Origin: Octopus sinensis
Lineage: Eukaryota
Direction: 5' to 3'
NCBI RefSeq assembly: GCF_006345805.1
Contig: NC_042998.1
Span: 13,330,001-13,394,000, forward strand
DNA: 64,000 bases
A program made the position numbers and the translations under genes. A model generated the notes under the pieces. The model saw nothing but the letters and a program-made list of their open reading frames with translations. It was not told the DNA's origin and made no database searches. Shown piece by piece: positions 29,201-43,339 of this stretch; the first letter of the stretch is position 1, and each line of letters starts with the position of its first letter.

Positions 29201-29590
29201 CATGGCAGTGTGGTAAGAAGCTTACTTCCCAACAACATGGTTCTGGGTTCAGTCCGAATGTGTGGCACCGTGTGTAAGTGAACTCTACTACAGCCTGAAG
29301 CCAACCAAAACCTTGTGAGTGGATTTCATAAAAGGAAACTGAAAGAAGCCATCGTATATGTATGTTTATATATATATATGTGTATATGTATGTATGTATG
29401 TATGTATATATGTATGTATTTACATGTGCTTGTTTCCGTGTTTTTCCCCAATCATCGTTGACAATAAATGCTGGTATGTTTATGTCCCCAAAATAAGTAC
29501 TAGGCTTACTAAGAATAAGTTGGGGGTAAATTTTTTCGAATAAAGGCGGTCCTCAAGCATGTCTGCAGACAAATGAGTGAAAAATAAAAG
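29201..29590 (+). mobile_element. SINE family C (gtgtggtaagaagcttgc head, internal microsatellite), degenerate
   Basis: Homologous to 30199-30600. Confidence 0.85.
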
Positions 29591-30060
29591 AATATATAAG
29601 CTTTTTGTATAAGTATATTTAGGGCTATATATATATATATCTATGAATATATATATATATCTATGAATATATATATATATACATGAATATATATACATGA
29701 ATCAGTTCTGCTGACGATCATTAGACGTAAAGTTGAATGTGAAATCACGGTGATACAGAACTAAATTCATTTTTTAAATGTCTTGCTTTGAAAAACTGCA
29801 TTTGGGTATGATTAGTATAATTTTGGTAGTAATGACTTTGTCCCTCCTAGTGTGAGGCATTTATGTGTAATAATGCCCTCTATACAATATAGATATATAC
29901 ATGAATATATATTTATATACACACATATATATGTATGTATATATATATATATATATATACGCATGTCTGTCTATATGTATATATAGGTGTATGTTATATA
30001 TATGCGTGTCTATGCATGTATATATATATGTATGTATCCATAGACACACACACACACACA

Positions 30061-30153
<93 letters not shown>

Positions 30154-30198
30154 ATATACATATATATATATATGTATGTATATAATAAGAGATATATA

Positions 30199-30600
30199 GG
30201 CGCAGGAGTGGCTGTGTGGTAAGTAGCTTGCTAACCAACCACATGGTTCCGGGTTCAGTCCTACTGCGTGGCATCTTGGGCAAGTGTCTTCTGCTATAGC
30301 CCCGGGCCGACCAATGCCTTGTGAATGGATTTGGTAGACGGAAACTGAAAGAAGCCTGTCGTATATATGTGTATATATATGTATGTGTGTTTGTTTGTGT
30401 GTCTGTGTTTGTCCCCCTAGCATTGCTTGACAACCGATGCTGGTGTGTTTATGTCCCCGTTACTTAGCGGTTCGGCAAAAGAGACCGATAGCATAAGTAC
30501 TGGGCTTACAAAAAAAGAATAAGTCCCGGGGTCGAGTCGCTCGACTAAAGGCGGTGCTCCAGCATGGCCGCAGTCAAAGGACTGAAACAAGTAAAAGAGT
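30199..30600 (+). mobile_element. SINE family C, full length
   Basis: ggcgcaggagtggctgtgtggtaagtagc...gggttcagtcc (B box)...gagaccgatagcataagtac...gactgaaacaagtaaaagag. Confidence 0.93.
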
Positions 30601-30917
30601 AAAAAAGAGAGTATATACTTATACACGTATGTATACGTGGTCCGATGAATACGTATCCGCATTATTGCCATAGTTACTTTCCAAACGAATGTACACTTCA
30701 TATTCAAGTATGTGATGAAGCTATAGGCTTTTATCTTCGTACTCAACTAGGAAACCACCTAGAAGAACCAACTGGATGCTAATGAAATTTATAACCTAAC
30801 ATTTGTCTTTTCCGGTCTATACTCATATAACATTATGTTCTGAAACATACGTATAGTGAATACTACATATCCTTATCTGTTCTTGCTATGCCTATCTATC
30901 ACTCTTTCTCTTTCCTT

Positions 30918-30954
<37 letters not shown>

Positions 30955-30967
30955 CGCATATATATCT

Positions 30968-31335
30968 CTCTTTTACTTGTTTCATTCATTTGACTGCCTT
31001 TAGTTGAGCAAATCGACACCGGGACTTATTCTTTGTAAGCCCAGTACTTATTCAATCGGTCTCTTTTGCCGAACCGCTAAGTGACGGCGACGTAAAAACA
31101 CCAGCATCGGTTGTCAAGCAATGCTAGGGGGACAAACACAGACACACAAACACACATATATATACATATATACGACAGGCTTCTTTCAGTTTCCGTCTAC
31201 CAAATCCACTCACAAGGCATTGGTCGGCCCGGGGCTATAGCAGTAGACACTTGCCCAAGATGCCACGCAGTGGGACTGAACCCGGAACCCTGTGGTTGAT
31301 TAGCAAGCTACTTACCACACAGCCACTCCTGCGCC
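30968..31335 (-). mobile_element. SINE family C, inverted relative to 30199
   Basis: Reverse complement roughly 93% identical by eye to 30199-30600. Confidence 0.93.
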
Positions 31336-31433
31336 TATATATCTCTTATTATATACATACATATATATATATGTATATTGAGAGAGAGAGAGAGAGAGAG
31401 AGAGACACACACACACACACAGAGAAAAAGATA

Positions 31434-31465
<32 letters not shown>

Positions 31466-31730
31466 ATTCTGCAGCAGATGTTTCTGTATATATATGCGAT
31501 GAATATATTTCTCATCTCTGTCAGATACAATATACCAATTTCACTCGAGGTAAAAGACTTCTATTAAATTTACGTCAACCCACTTGCCAGACAACCCCCT
31601 CGAGACTACAGACAATTTCCGTAGCGCGTGATACGATACAGGATCGTGTATGGGAAACAAATTATATACCCGTTCATATATCAGACTTTGCACACCAATC
31701 ACACGCGGATATAAATGCATATATATATAT

Positions 31731-31962
31731 GTTATTTTATAGCCCACAAGGGGCTAAACATAGAGGGGACTAACAAGGACAGACAAAGGGATTAAGTCGA
31801 TTATATCGACCCCAGTGCGTAACTGGTACTTATTTAATTGACCCCGAAAGGATGAAAGGCAAAGTCGACCTCGGCGGAATTTGAACTCAGAACGTAACGG
31901 CAGACGAAATCCAGCTGCGCATTTCACCCGGCGTACTAACGTTTCTGCCAGCTCACCGCCTT
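31731..31962 (-). mobile_element. SINE family A, full length, TSD aaatgcatatatat
   Basis: Reverse complement aaggcggtgagctggcagaaacgttag...; duplicated flanks at ~31713 and ~31965. Confidence 0.93.
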
Positions 31963-31966
31963 AAAA

Positions 31967-32383
<417 letters not shown>

Positions 32384-32559
32384 GTGGCGGAGAGAAACAG
32401 AAAACTAGGAGAGACGTACAGAAGCAAATAATGTGTGGTCTTTACTGTGAACGAGACATGTTTGTTTTTGTATTCCTGAATGCTTATATGTAAACGGAGT
32501 CTCCGATATTCGAGTCTAATTGTTTTTCTCTTTTCAAACATGTGTTGCTATGTGCAAAC

Positions 32560-33420
32560 TATTCATCATCAATTATATTTCGACATTTTTTTCTTCATAT
32601 CTAATATAATTTTTTTTATACTTAAAGAAATTCATGGAATTAGCAGGACGACTAGTATTTTATGACAGCAAAAAATATTTTGGAGTGTCACATGTTTATG
32701 AAAAATAACATTCTTTGGATTTCAAAAGAAAATAAAATTGTTCAATTACGGAATGAAATGCTTATGTTGTGTAAAGCTCGTATGGATGTTGCATACTTAA
32801 ACAAGCATTTTCTGAATTTCATTGAATTATTTATGCTGTGGGAACAAAGCAGTTCTTTTAAAATTAATTATTTATGGAGACCTTTTAAGAAAAATAAAGG
32901 CTTGTGTTATGCCAGCTGCCAACATGCAAAACATTTCGGCCTGCTTCTTGGTATTACGTAAAGCATAAGAATTTCTTATTGTTGTTATGCATGTTAATAT
33001 CTCAATGTCAATATGCTCTCTCACGCGTTTGTTATCTGTCGATTCTTATGTGAGAATACAATTTGTTAAAGAAAACATGAATCGTGTTAAAATTTTCTTG
33101 TGAGACTATAGCTCGAAAATGCTGAGGTGAATGACTTAGTGCAACAGCTGGTTGAAAATTGAGAAATATCTGTTTGTGTAGCCAAATGATATAGTAGTAG
33201 AGTGTTGCAGCCAATAAAAGTGGACATTGCAAGCAACAAAGCCTATTAGCTTAGAGAAGTTTGCTTTAATGGATTCGCACTATACACGTTGTTATATTCT
33301 AAAAGAAGTGAACGAGGTTAATTGGTTTCTGCAATCGATGAATGTAAGAAGAAAGAATTTTATCAGACATTTGCAAGCAAATACAGAAGAAGACTACAAA
33401 ACACAATCTTAAATACAATT
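32560..33420 (+). pseudogene. Probable decayed hAT transposase
   Basis: YILKEVNEVNWFLQSMNV resembles hAT ILxxVNxVSKxLQSxx; SCETIARK resembles the CETRW motif. Many stops; recall-based. Confidence 0.4.
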
Positions 33421-33479
33421 CGTGTATGAGTTTAGATGTTGTTATTATTATGTGGTCACGATCATTCCTGATTAATCAA

Positions 33480-35900
33480 ACGTTTGGCACGTACGCTTTC
33501 ACATGATCCAGTGTATCGCATGTACCACATATCTGCCTTTTTTGATGCTCACACAAAAGAGAAAGTAAACAACGTTAGTTCTTATAAGAAGCGGTGTGGC
33601 AATGTGGGTGTAGGGTGTGTCTCCTCTATTGTAGCCACTATTCGTTTGTTACATATGGTAGGCCATAAATTTGACTCTGCCGCACAGTGACAGGTGTTGC
33701 TACTCAGGACGGACATCAGATGCAATACATTTTGGTACAAATGTATATTTTAATGAGGTTCTTATATTGTTCTCTAAACAGCAAATTACGAATAACGAAG
33801 TTTGATTACTAAAAATGTTCCTTATGTGACTACCACTTCTTGTATTGAACAAAGAAATAAAAACTGTCTTCCGCTTTGACCAACACTTCAAAGGTTTAAG
33901 TGTAGACATGTACTTGGCTGCTATTTTTAGTAGACCCAATTTATCAACGTTGTTGCTGATAGAATTAAAAGTGCAGTGCATTTTATTTCCCTTACATCCA
34001 TTTCAAATGTCAGAAGTCATTGATTTCTCTGATTGGCTTATGAGCCGTAGGGCACACATAATTGTCAAATAATGAAACAATCAAAAATTATATCTGATAA
34101 ATGAAAACAAAATTTATAACGGTTTTTCTTATTTTCTTTACTTTTAATTATCGGTATACTTTTCATTTTACTCACGATTTTCATTCCTGTAAATGAGAAA
34201 TTTGTTAATAATTTGAGTGCCGAAAGTACTCTCGTTATTTAAATGGAACTTTCATAAAATTGTACTTCAGGAGCAGTTTTTAAATGTAGTCAACTCAACT
34301 TCAGTTAGAAAATACAGATGAGATAAATGTTTGGAAATTACTTTGAGCACTACAGTTGACGATTTAAACCAAAATATGTAAACTAATTTCAATGAATGCT
34401 ATCAAAGAGGATGTATCTTTTATGGCAATGTCTAAGTTGTTTCTGACCATATAGTATTTCCGGAAACAATTTCTCTTCTCTAATAAAACAAATAATGAAT
34501 GTTTCCCATAAATGGGTTGTTATCAGCAAACTCTTATGGCGTATAGTGACGCATGTCATTGTAAGAAATAACTCGCGCTCCAAATCTCTTAACAGCTAGC
34601 AGTGTTATATGGTACATAAGCAGTTGATGACATGGAATGAAAACAGTGTGAAATGCTTCTGGCTAAAGTCATTGATCAATATCTGAGCATTAGAGGTTTG
34701 TCAGTAGTTATGAAATAATGACCTGCAGAGACATCTTCGTTCACTTTAATTGTTCACCACTTACGCAAACACAACAACATAAAAAGTGAATATTTTCCAT
34801 TCGTAACAGATAGTGCAAGAAAATCGTCCAAGCTAATTATACAAAATATTTCAAAGGTATTCTGAACCAAGAAGTGCACGATATCATTGACCCGTCCCCG
34901 AAAAGAACTGTTATATAAAATGTGGAACTACGCGAACGTCTGCTTCCTTAAGTTATCTAACTTAGTGAGGCAACTACCATGGTTGTTATAAAATCAGATG
35001 TACATATATATGTGTCCTAATCATTAGATCGAGTTTTGACCAAAGTACAGATCCACCACACCAACAATATTTTATGCTACGAAAGTTCCTAACCCATGGC
35101 ACGAATATGTTTAGATATATTTCCAATATACGAGGTAAAATGCGAAAAATATAGGTAACACTCTATTGGCAATAAAATGCAGAGCCTCCATACCTGCATT
35201 AAGGAAGAGCTACAACTATATACTTCATTAGTTGAGAAACACTAAAGTTTCTTTTTCGACATGGAAAAACGTGTCTTAGATTTTGACTGGAATATTGGTA
35301 ATCTGCATTGCTAGTAGGCTATTCTGAATAGCCATCTTAAAACCAAAGAGTCTCCATACCTGCATTAAGGAAGAGCTACAACTATATACTTCATTAGTTG
35401 AGAAACACTAAAGTTTCTTTTTCGACATGGAAAAACGTGTCTTAGTTTTTGACCGGAATATTGGTAATCTGCATTGCTAGTAGGCTATTCTGAATAGCCA
35501 TCTTAAAACCAAAGAGTCTCCATACCTGCATTAAGGAAGAGCTACAACTATATACTTCATTAGTTGAGAAACACTAAAGTTTCTTTTTCGACATGGAAAA
35601 ACGTGTCTTAGTTTTTGACTGGAATATTGGTAATCTGCATTGCTAGTAGGCTATTCTGAATAGCCATCTTAAAACCAAAATCTGCAATAGAACCAAACTG
35701 AGTGATATGAACTACATTATCTAACTTCATTGCTTTATTTACATTACATTTGTTTAACTTTTCTAAAACTTCTACTTTCCTTTCACGCTTTGCAAAATAT
35801 TTTACCACACCAAAATGTTTGGCATTACCTATCATATATGGACTTAGTTTTTCTCAAATTTCATATCTACTGACAAACAGTATCTTAAAATGAGGATTTA
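33480..35900 (-). pseudogene. Decayed Penelope-like element: RT (~35900-34400) followed by GIY-YIG (~33900-33500)
   Basis: Motifs in the expected order on the minus strand: MIGNAKHFGVVKYFAK, TNIPV, RAMG, LDDFLA, VPYNTA, then YCI*CPS* (YCIRCPSC) and YWI. Heavily frameshifted. Confidence 0.5.
35182..35679. repeat. Near-perfect tandem repeat, 3 x 166 bp
   Basis: gag(c/t)ctccatacctgcattaagg starts at 35182, 35348 and 35514; only a few substitutions between units. Confidence 0.97.
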
Positions 35901-37474
35901 CATGTTTTAAAAACCCGCATTATCTTGTTAAACGATGTCACCTACGACTTATGCAGTTTCCACGCCACATTAACTACTACTGCTGAGGCTACCTAACTAA
36001 AAACTCCACAACTTTTAATGGAGTCTACGTACAACTAAAGCCAAGAGATATCCTTCGAACATATTAAAAAACGCCGTTTCTCCAAATCCTGAATTTTCCT
36101 TTCTTCTCTTTATAATTCCAACTGTACTCAAATTTTATAGTATCATCAAATAATCAATATAAGGCAACATAATATCGGTTTTGTTTACATATATTCACAT
36201 TCGTTGCCGTAGATCATTTGTTTAAGTTTTCACCTGCAATGATCTTTGTTTATGCAATGTTTATCACTTTTGAATAGAGTGAAAATCTTCAACCGTATTA
36301 AAATACTAAGAACAAGAATATTATCCTTCCTGATACCACCGCAGAGAAATTTGGAATTGCGGAATTTGCATAAGTTATATATATATATATATATAATATA
36401 TATATATATTGGTAGGGATATGTTATGAATAATCCATTATATACATGCACTTTCGGATCAGGTAAAATATGAAAGTTTTATCTTTGTCGCAACTCTACGT
36501 AACTAAGAAAACTTTGCTTTCCTTATGCAGTATGAAATAGAAACTAATGAAACTTCAGATATACATCACTTATGTTGCGTACTTTTACAGAAATGCTATT
36601 CCGGCCGTAACACTATTCAATGGTCATGTTGCTGTCAGGGTGAGAGTTCAGCAGAATCGCAGAAGCGCAGAATAAAATGCATTTTATTTGCTCTCCTGGA
36701 TGTAAGCGTTTGATTTCGAATCTCACAAGGATGGTATTAGCAAGTGAACGGTATAGAAATGATCAAATAAAGTATCGCTCAAGTAATTGGTCAATTAGAC
36801 TAATTAAGACTTATCAAAATAATTGCTCTTGCGTCTGAATTACATACAATTACATTTCTTGTTATCGTTTAATCCCAAAACATCATTAAGCAGATATGCT
36901 TGTGATAAAGTGATTAGAAGAAGTAACCATCGCATAATTTATTCGCACGAAGGACTACATACAACACATCCCTAAGTTAAGGCATTAATGTTTGATTTGA
37001 TCGATATTCGAGTGATATTTCGGCAAATCATCGCCTTGAGGATTTCACGATAAGTAAGGATGTTGCCTGTCGGGATATTTACTCGTAGTTATTAAAATTT
37101 AACTTCCGGTAGAATGTCAATGAATATATTCGTTTGATAACTTGTATAATCTTATCGCTGACTATGTGAAAATAATACTGTCTTAAAATCCTTGAATTAC
37201 AATTATAATTATATTGACAAAGCGAGTTGCTTAATTGCTGGAAGACTAAGGTGATTGATTAAGTGTTAATTAAAGCTGTTTCTATGTTCCATTTAGAATT
37301 TTCTGTATGCGTCTATATCATATTGTACTTCGCATTTATCAGTTTCATTGTCTGTTGAACATTCGTCAGTCACTATCAAACAAACACACATATATATAGA
37401 TATGGATACACAATCACTCTCTCACTCTCTCGCTGTCTTTATGCATACATATACATACATACTCACATTGACAT

Positions 37475-37515
<41 letters not shown>

Positions 37516-37533
37516 CAAACACATACAGACACA

Positions 37534-37578
<45 letters not shown>

Positions 37579-37580
37579 TA

Positions 37581-37618
<38 letters not shown>

Positions 37619-37623
<5 letters not shown>

Positions 37624-37937
37624 GAAATGAAGAAAATGCTGACAAAATAATTTAAGTAATTCAAGTAATTTAATCAGGTGATAGTTCCTTTTACCGGTTG
37701 CGCATTTGTTATGCTTATCAAAAGATGTTTTTTTAAGAGAGATAGAGTTACTTTCTGATAGATTTTTTCCTCTTATCAGATAAGAGGAAAAAATGTATCA
37801 GAAAGTAACTCTATCTCTCTTAAAAAAACATATTTTGATAAGCATAACAAATGCGCAACCGGTAAAAAGAACTATCACCTGATTAAATTACTTAAATTAC
37901 TTAAATTATTTTGTCAGCATTTTCTTCATTTCCTTTT
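37619..37937. repeat. Palindrome, ~159-bp arms, 1-nt spacer (centre 37778)
   Basis: cctcttatc-a-gataagagg centre; arms pair out to aaaaggaaatgaagaaaatgc / gcattttcttcatttcctttt with ~6 mismatches. Confidence 0.97.
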
Positions 37938-38003
37938 TTATATATCACAACTCGTGTTCCACATCTCCTTTTTTAAATAAATAAATATATATATATATAT
38001 ATA

Positions 38004-38285
38004 TATTAGAATAAATGAGGTACTCAGAAATTCGGATGGTTTTATATTTATAGATATTTATTTGTATCTTACATGTTTTTATACTTCATATATCATATAG
38101 CATATATTATATTATAGCGCTTTCGTCCATTTCAGAGGAGCTTTCAAATTTGAAATCTCCACTGGAATGGACGAAAGCGCTTTATATGATATATATTATA
38201 TGATGTATAAAAACGTGTAATATACAATTAAATATCTATAAATATAAAACTATCCGAATTTCTGAGTACCTCATTTCTTCTAATA
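38004..38285. repeat. Palindrome, ~140-bp arms, centre ttcaaa|tttgaa at ~38148
   Basis: tgaggtactcagaaattcggat...agcgctttcgtccatt / aatggacgaaagcgct...atccgaatttctgagtacctca. Confidence 0.95.
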
Positions 38286-38718
38286 TATATATATATATAC
38301 TAATACAATTGTTTGTTTTTATTCCACCCGTCTTCGTCTTTTATTTATTTTCATAAAGCTTCCCGTTATATATATACATATATATATATATGTAGAAAGC
38401 AGTGAACAAAGAAAGTTTCGTCCCATGCATTTGGAGTTTTATTTACTAACAGGTACATTGCTTAAAGTACTGTGGTTTAGACCACGTCGTATCATCAGAT
38501 ATTCAAAAATAGATTATGATGCTGTATATCTAATATGGTGAACATGTTCAATAGAAGGGTTTCTATTTACAGAGAGCGTAATTTAAATAATGGAGATATG
38601 GTAGGAAGAATAAACCATGATGAATGATCATTTGACGAAATATTCGGAAAAATTGGAATATGTAAAATAGGCAATTTTGATTTGTAAATTGTTCCCTCAA
38701 ATTCAATTCTGCAAATTC

Positions 38719-38719
<1 letters not shown>

Positions 38720-38749
<30 letters not shown>

Positions 38750-39590
38750 CTTCTTCTTCTTCTTCTTCAACCCATTACTCCTCCTCCTCCTCCTCCTCCT
38801 CCTCATCTATTTCTACTTCTTCTGCTCTTTTCTTCTTCTTACGCATCCCCATCTTTATCATCGTAAGCATCATCATTCCCATCATCATCGTCTTCTTCTG
38901 CTTCTGCGTCTGCTTCTTTGTCTTGTTCTTGTTCTTGTTCTACTACTACTTCTTCTCCTCCTCCTCTTCCTTTGTCTTCTTCTTCTTCTTCTTCCCTACT
39001 TCTTCTTCTTCTTCTTCTTTTTCTTCTTCGTCTACTACTACTACTACTACTACTATTACTACCACCACCCCTAATGCTACTGCTATTAATACTACCACCA
39101 CCATCACCACCATCACCACCACTACTACTACTACTACTACTACCACCACAACCACCACCACCACAACTAGCACCACCGGCACACCACCACCACTACTACT
39201 ACTTTTCTCATCTGTACATTTTTCATTCCTTTTACCTCCGTTTCGTTTTCACTGACACCGGCATCATCACTCGTTATATTTATAGCAGCAACATTATTAT
39301 TAGATGTAAATGCAGCAATAGTAGACTGCTGCGGCTGCTGCTGCTGCTTCTGCTAGTAATATTAATAGTTTTTCATAATCATCTCTCCATCTTCACCATC
39401 ATTGCCGTATTCTCGTCGTCGTCATCGTCGTTATCGTCGTTGTCGTTATCATGAACCACATCAACATCATCATTCTCGTTTCGCCGTCATCATCATCGTC
39501 GTCGTAGTCATCGTCATCATCGTAATCGGCCCCCTCCTCCTCCTCCTCATCATCATCATCATCAGCATCATCATCATCAGCATCATCACC
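38720..39590. repeat. Compound trinucleotide array (TGT, TCT, CCT, CAT, ACT, ACC, GCT, CGT)
   Basis: Direct sequence; explains the homopolymeric ORFs listed here. Confidence 0.95.
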
Positions 39591-40329
39591 GGCATTACCG
39601 TTCCTCTCTTTCTCACTGTATCTCTAATTGTTCAATGTTTCGCTTCATCACCTGCATGCACACTTTCCATTTCACTCTCACCATTCCTCACGTACTCTCT
39701 ACCACAATTTCCAGTTAACTACTGGAGCGTGATATGCGCTTACACTGTATTGACCAACTCTAAAGTAAATTTTAATGTTCTAAGGTCCAAGATAAGCGGT
39801 ACCATTACGGCAGTTCTTTGAAGATAGCAATTCACATATTGATCTTTAACATTAATGATCTAATCGAAATTTGTAACCATGAAGGTATAAATTTATATGT
39901 ATTCAGGCTTTTACATATACTTCTTGCTCGCATCATTTCTGTTACTTGCAAGCCGAAGATTTATCAAACAAACTCGTATGACTTGTAAAATCTATACATG
40001 GGAGAATAACAATATCTCTAAACAAATGCATTTGCTTGTTAACTTATTGATTTAGAAACAAGCTATTTCCTTTCAAAAAAACATCATTCAGCGAAAGTTC
40101 AGATGGCACAGTAGATAAAGTATGTAACAAAAATATTGCACATTTTAAGGCTCGATACAACCAGAGATGTTTCTTATATTCATTACTTAAACAGCATTTA
40201 GAGGCCGAAGTAGACATGCTGGCATTAGATTCCGTTAAAACAAAACAGAAGCCTGTGTTCTTAGCACATGTAATCGTGCTCGAAAATTTCAGTGTAACGA
40301 GTTACATATGCCCAAAGCATGCTATAACC

Positions 40330-40746
40330 TTTTTCTTTGCTACTCACATGGGGCTAAACACAGCGAGGACAAACAAGGACAGGCAAACGGATTAAATCGA
40401 TTACATCAACCTCAGTGCGTAACTGGTACTTAATATATCGACCCCGAAAGGATGAAAAGCAAAGTTGACCTCGGCGGAATTTGAACTCAGAACGTAGCGG
40501 CAGACGAAATACCTATTTCTTTACTACCCACAAGGGGCTAAACACAGAGAGGACAAACAAGGACAGGCAAACGGATTAAATCGATTACATCAACCCCAGT
40601 GCGTAACTGGTACTTAATATATCGACCCGGAAAGGATGAAAGGCAGAGTCGACCTCGGCTGAATTTGAACTCAGAAGGTAATGGCAGACGAAATACGACT
40701 ACGCATTTCGCCCGGCGTACTAACGTTTCTGCCAGCTCGCCGCCTT
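40330..40746 (-). mobile_element. SINE family A tandem dimer with one 16-bp TSD
   Basis: Full copy 40746-40512 followed by a 5'-truncated copy 40511-40330; aaagcatgctataacc at both 40314-40329 and 40747-40762. Confidence 0.93.
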
Positions 40747-41830
40747 AAAGCATGCTATAACCGTCACTAGTTACATAAGTCTAGCGTGTGCCATCAGCAA
40801 ATATTGAGCTATATCATACTGAGAATTGGGATTTAACGGAAATGCACTAAATATATTTATCAGCTTGCGAGGGTGAATCGCTTACATCGAAATCACCACT
40901 TAAATTGTGAATTATTTCATCGACTCCGAAATTATGAAAGCCCAAACATAGAGGGCAGTGTTTGAAATAAAATGTACAGGACAGGAAGAAATGAAACTAA
41001 ATAATTTCAAGATTTATAGAAGATAGAAAAATACAAAAGTTGCGGCGAGAATAGATTTCATGAAAATTATTTCATTTGTGAAAGAGTAGTGTGTATATTA
41101 TTTCATTTAAGTAAGATGTATAACGCTGATTTTCTTTTGCGGATTATTTAGCATATACACTCTTAGACTCCTTTCACCAAGTTGTATTTATAAGCATTTC
41201 TTCATCATTCTATTTAGTTTCATTAACGCATAATATAAGAATGAAATGCATTGGTATGGTTTCTATTACGTTTATTTTCTGCCTTGCGGCTTCCATCTTT
41301 CCATGTAATTTGTAAATCTGTTGAAATGTGACGTTTGACAAATCAGATTATATTAATCTGGTAATTTTATTCTTTAATATAATTTCTTTAAAAATTTAAC
41401 TAAAATGAAGAAAACGTTTAATTGAATTACCAAATTAACTAACAGAATTTCCCCAGTATATATCATTATGATATTTAAAAACATCGTCTCAGATGTAATT
41501 TTCATTTAATTTTCAATTAAGAGAATATATAAGATTTCTGAACCAGAAAATATTAATTTATATAGATTGAAGCAGTGAATATCTGGCGTATAGCTAAAAT
41601 GTTTATCATGATATATAATCTATTAGGACCAGACATATTATTCATTCATGATAGCAGGTTTGATACACACACGTGCTTCTGCGCGTGCGCGTAGGCACAT
41701 ATATAATATGCATATAGATATACATGTACTACGTTCTCGCGTTGTTTTTTCTGTTTGTTCTCCGCTTTTTGGGATTTACTATATACATACATACATGCAT
41801 ACATGCATACATACATACATACATACATGC

Positions 41831-41873
<43 letters not shown>

Positions 41874-42402
41874 ATATTATATATATATATATAATATATA
41901 TATATATTATATATATATCAGAAAACAAAAACATCAGCTTAAACTTGATATCCTGTAATTCAATTGACGTATGCGCTTCAGCTTTTGGGAATATACGATG
42001 CCACCTCAGAAATACAATCCATGCATGCGCACCATGAATCCATCGTGCAGAAAGACCACTGAGGTCATATATAACTCTGTGGGTTTAGTCGATAGCGGGA
42101 GTTTAATGTGATTACCAATAAGACGCCAAAACTGAGAGCAGCCATTTCCCATTTCAGTTATATATATATACATATAGTTATATATTATTGTGTCTGAGAA
42201 TAGTCATTCTAGTTTAGTGCTTTGTTATTTAACCCGCTCACCGATTCGATTTTTACTCATTTAGATTTTCATTCTTGAAAAATGTTCGTTGCATCTTCCA
42301 AACTTTCCAACAGTCATTGACTCTCTCCGTTATCAGAGCTACGTTCTTTTTGGTTGTCCGTTTGTGTGCATGTGCTTGCGTTAGTGTGCATGTGTATACA
42401 CA

Positions 42403-42484
<82 letters not shown>

Positions 42485-42547
42485 TGGCATTATATATAGA
42501 GAGCGGGAGACATATATAGCTATACATATATGTTATGTTTAAGTATA

Positions 42548-42624
<77 letters not shown>

Positions 42625-43104
42625 TAAATATATATATATATACATACATATATATATATATATTTATATATGCAAGCAGCTATGTATGTATGTATGCAAG
42701 TGTGTAGTTAAATAAGATCTCAGTAAACATCTCTTAGCACGCTATGCAACGCTTGTCCACAGGTATTGTCTGTAGGATATCATAAAACAATGGAAACGCT
42801 CTTGCTACTGGGTATATATCAGGAATCCCATTGTATCCGTAGTGCTTATATAAATAGATAAATAATTGAATATAGATCGAACGATATTCTACATTAACAA
42901 TCACTATTTTGGGTATTCATGCTCACACTGAGTGAAATGACAGTATGGTCTTAATGCAGAACATGTTTAGAACAATCACCTGAAGAAACGTATCTTCCAT
43001 CTTTGATGCATGATAATGATTACACAATAAGTTAATTATATAATCACATCAGAGTACTACGAATGTAAAAGATGTGTCGAAACATTATAATATTTATCTG
43101 CCTA

Positions 43105-43161
<57 letters not shown>

Positions 43162-43183
43162 CACCTGTATGTATGCGTATATG

Positions 43184-43234
<51 letters not shown>

Positions 43235-43339
43235 ATATACAGGATGCGATGTCTGAATTTTCGCACTTTATAATTCAATTTCGCGCATGCGCATGGGTTT
43301 TGATTTTCATAATACACAGTATAGTAAGATCAAATTAAA

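Noticed and set aside
35182-35679. CRISPR-like or functional array
   Set aside because: Eukaryotic context; contiguous 166-bp units with no spacers.
38677-39821. Long ORFs (up to 192 aa) with poly-S/T/L/H
   Set aside because: They are translations of trinucleotide arrays, open in several frames at once, with no unique coding content or splice support.
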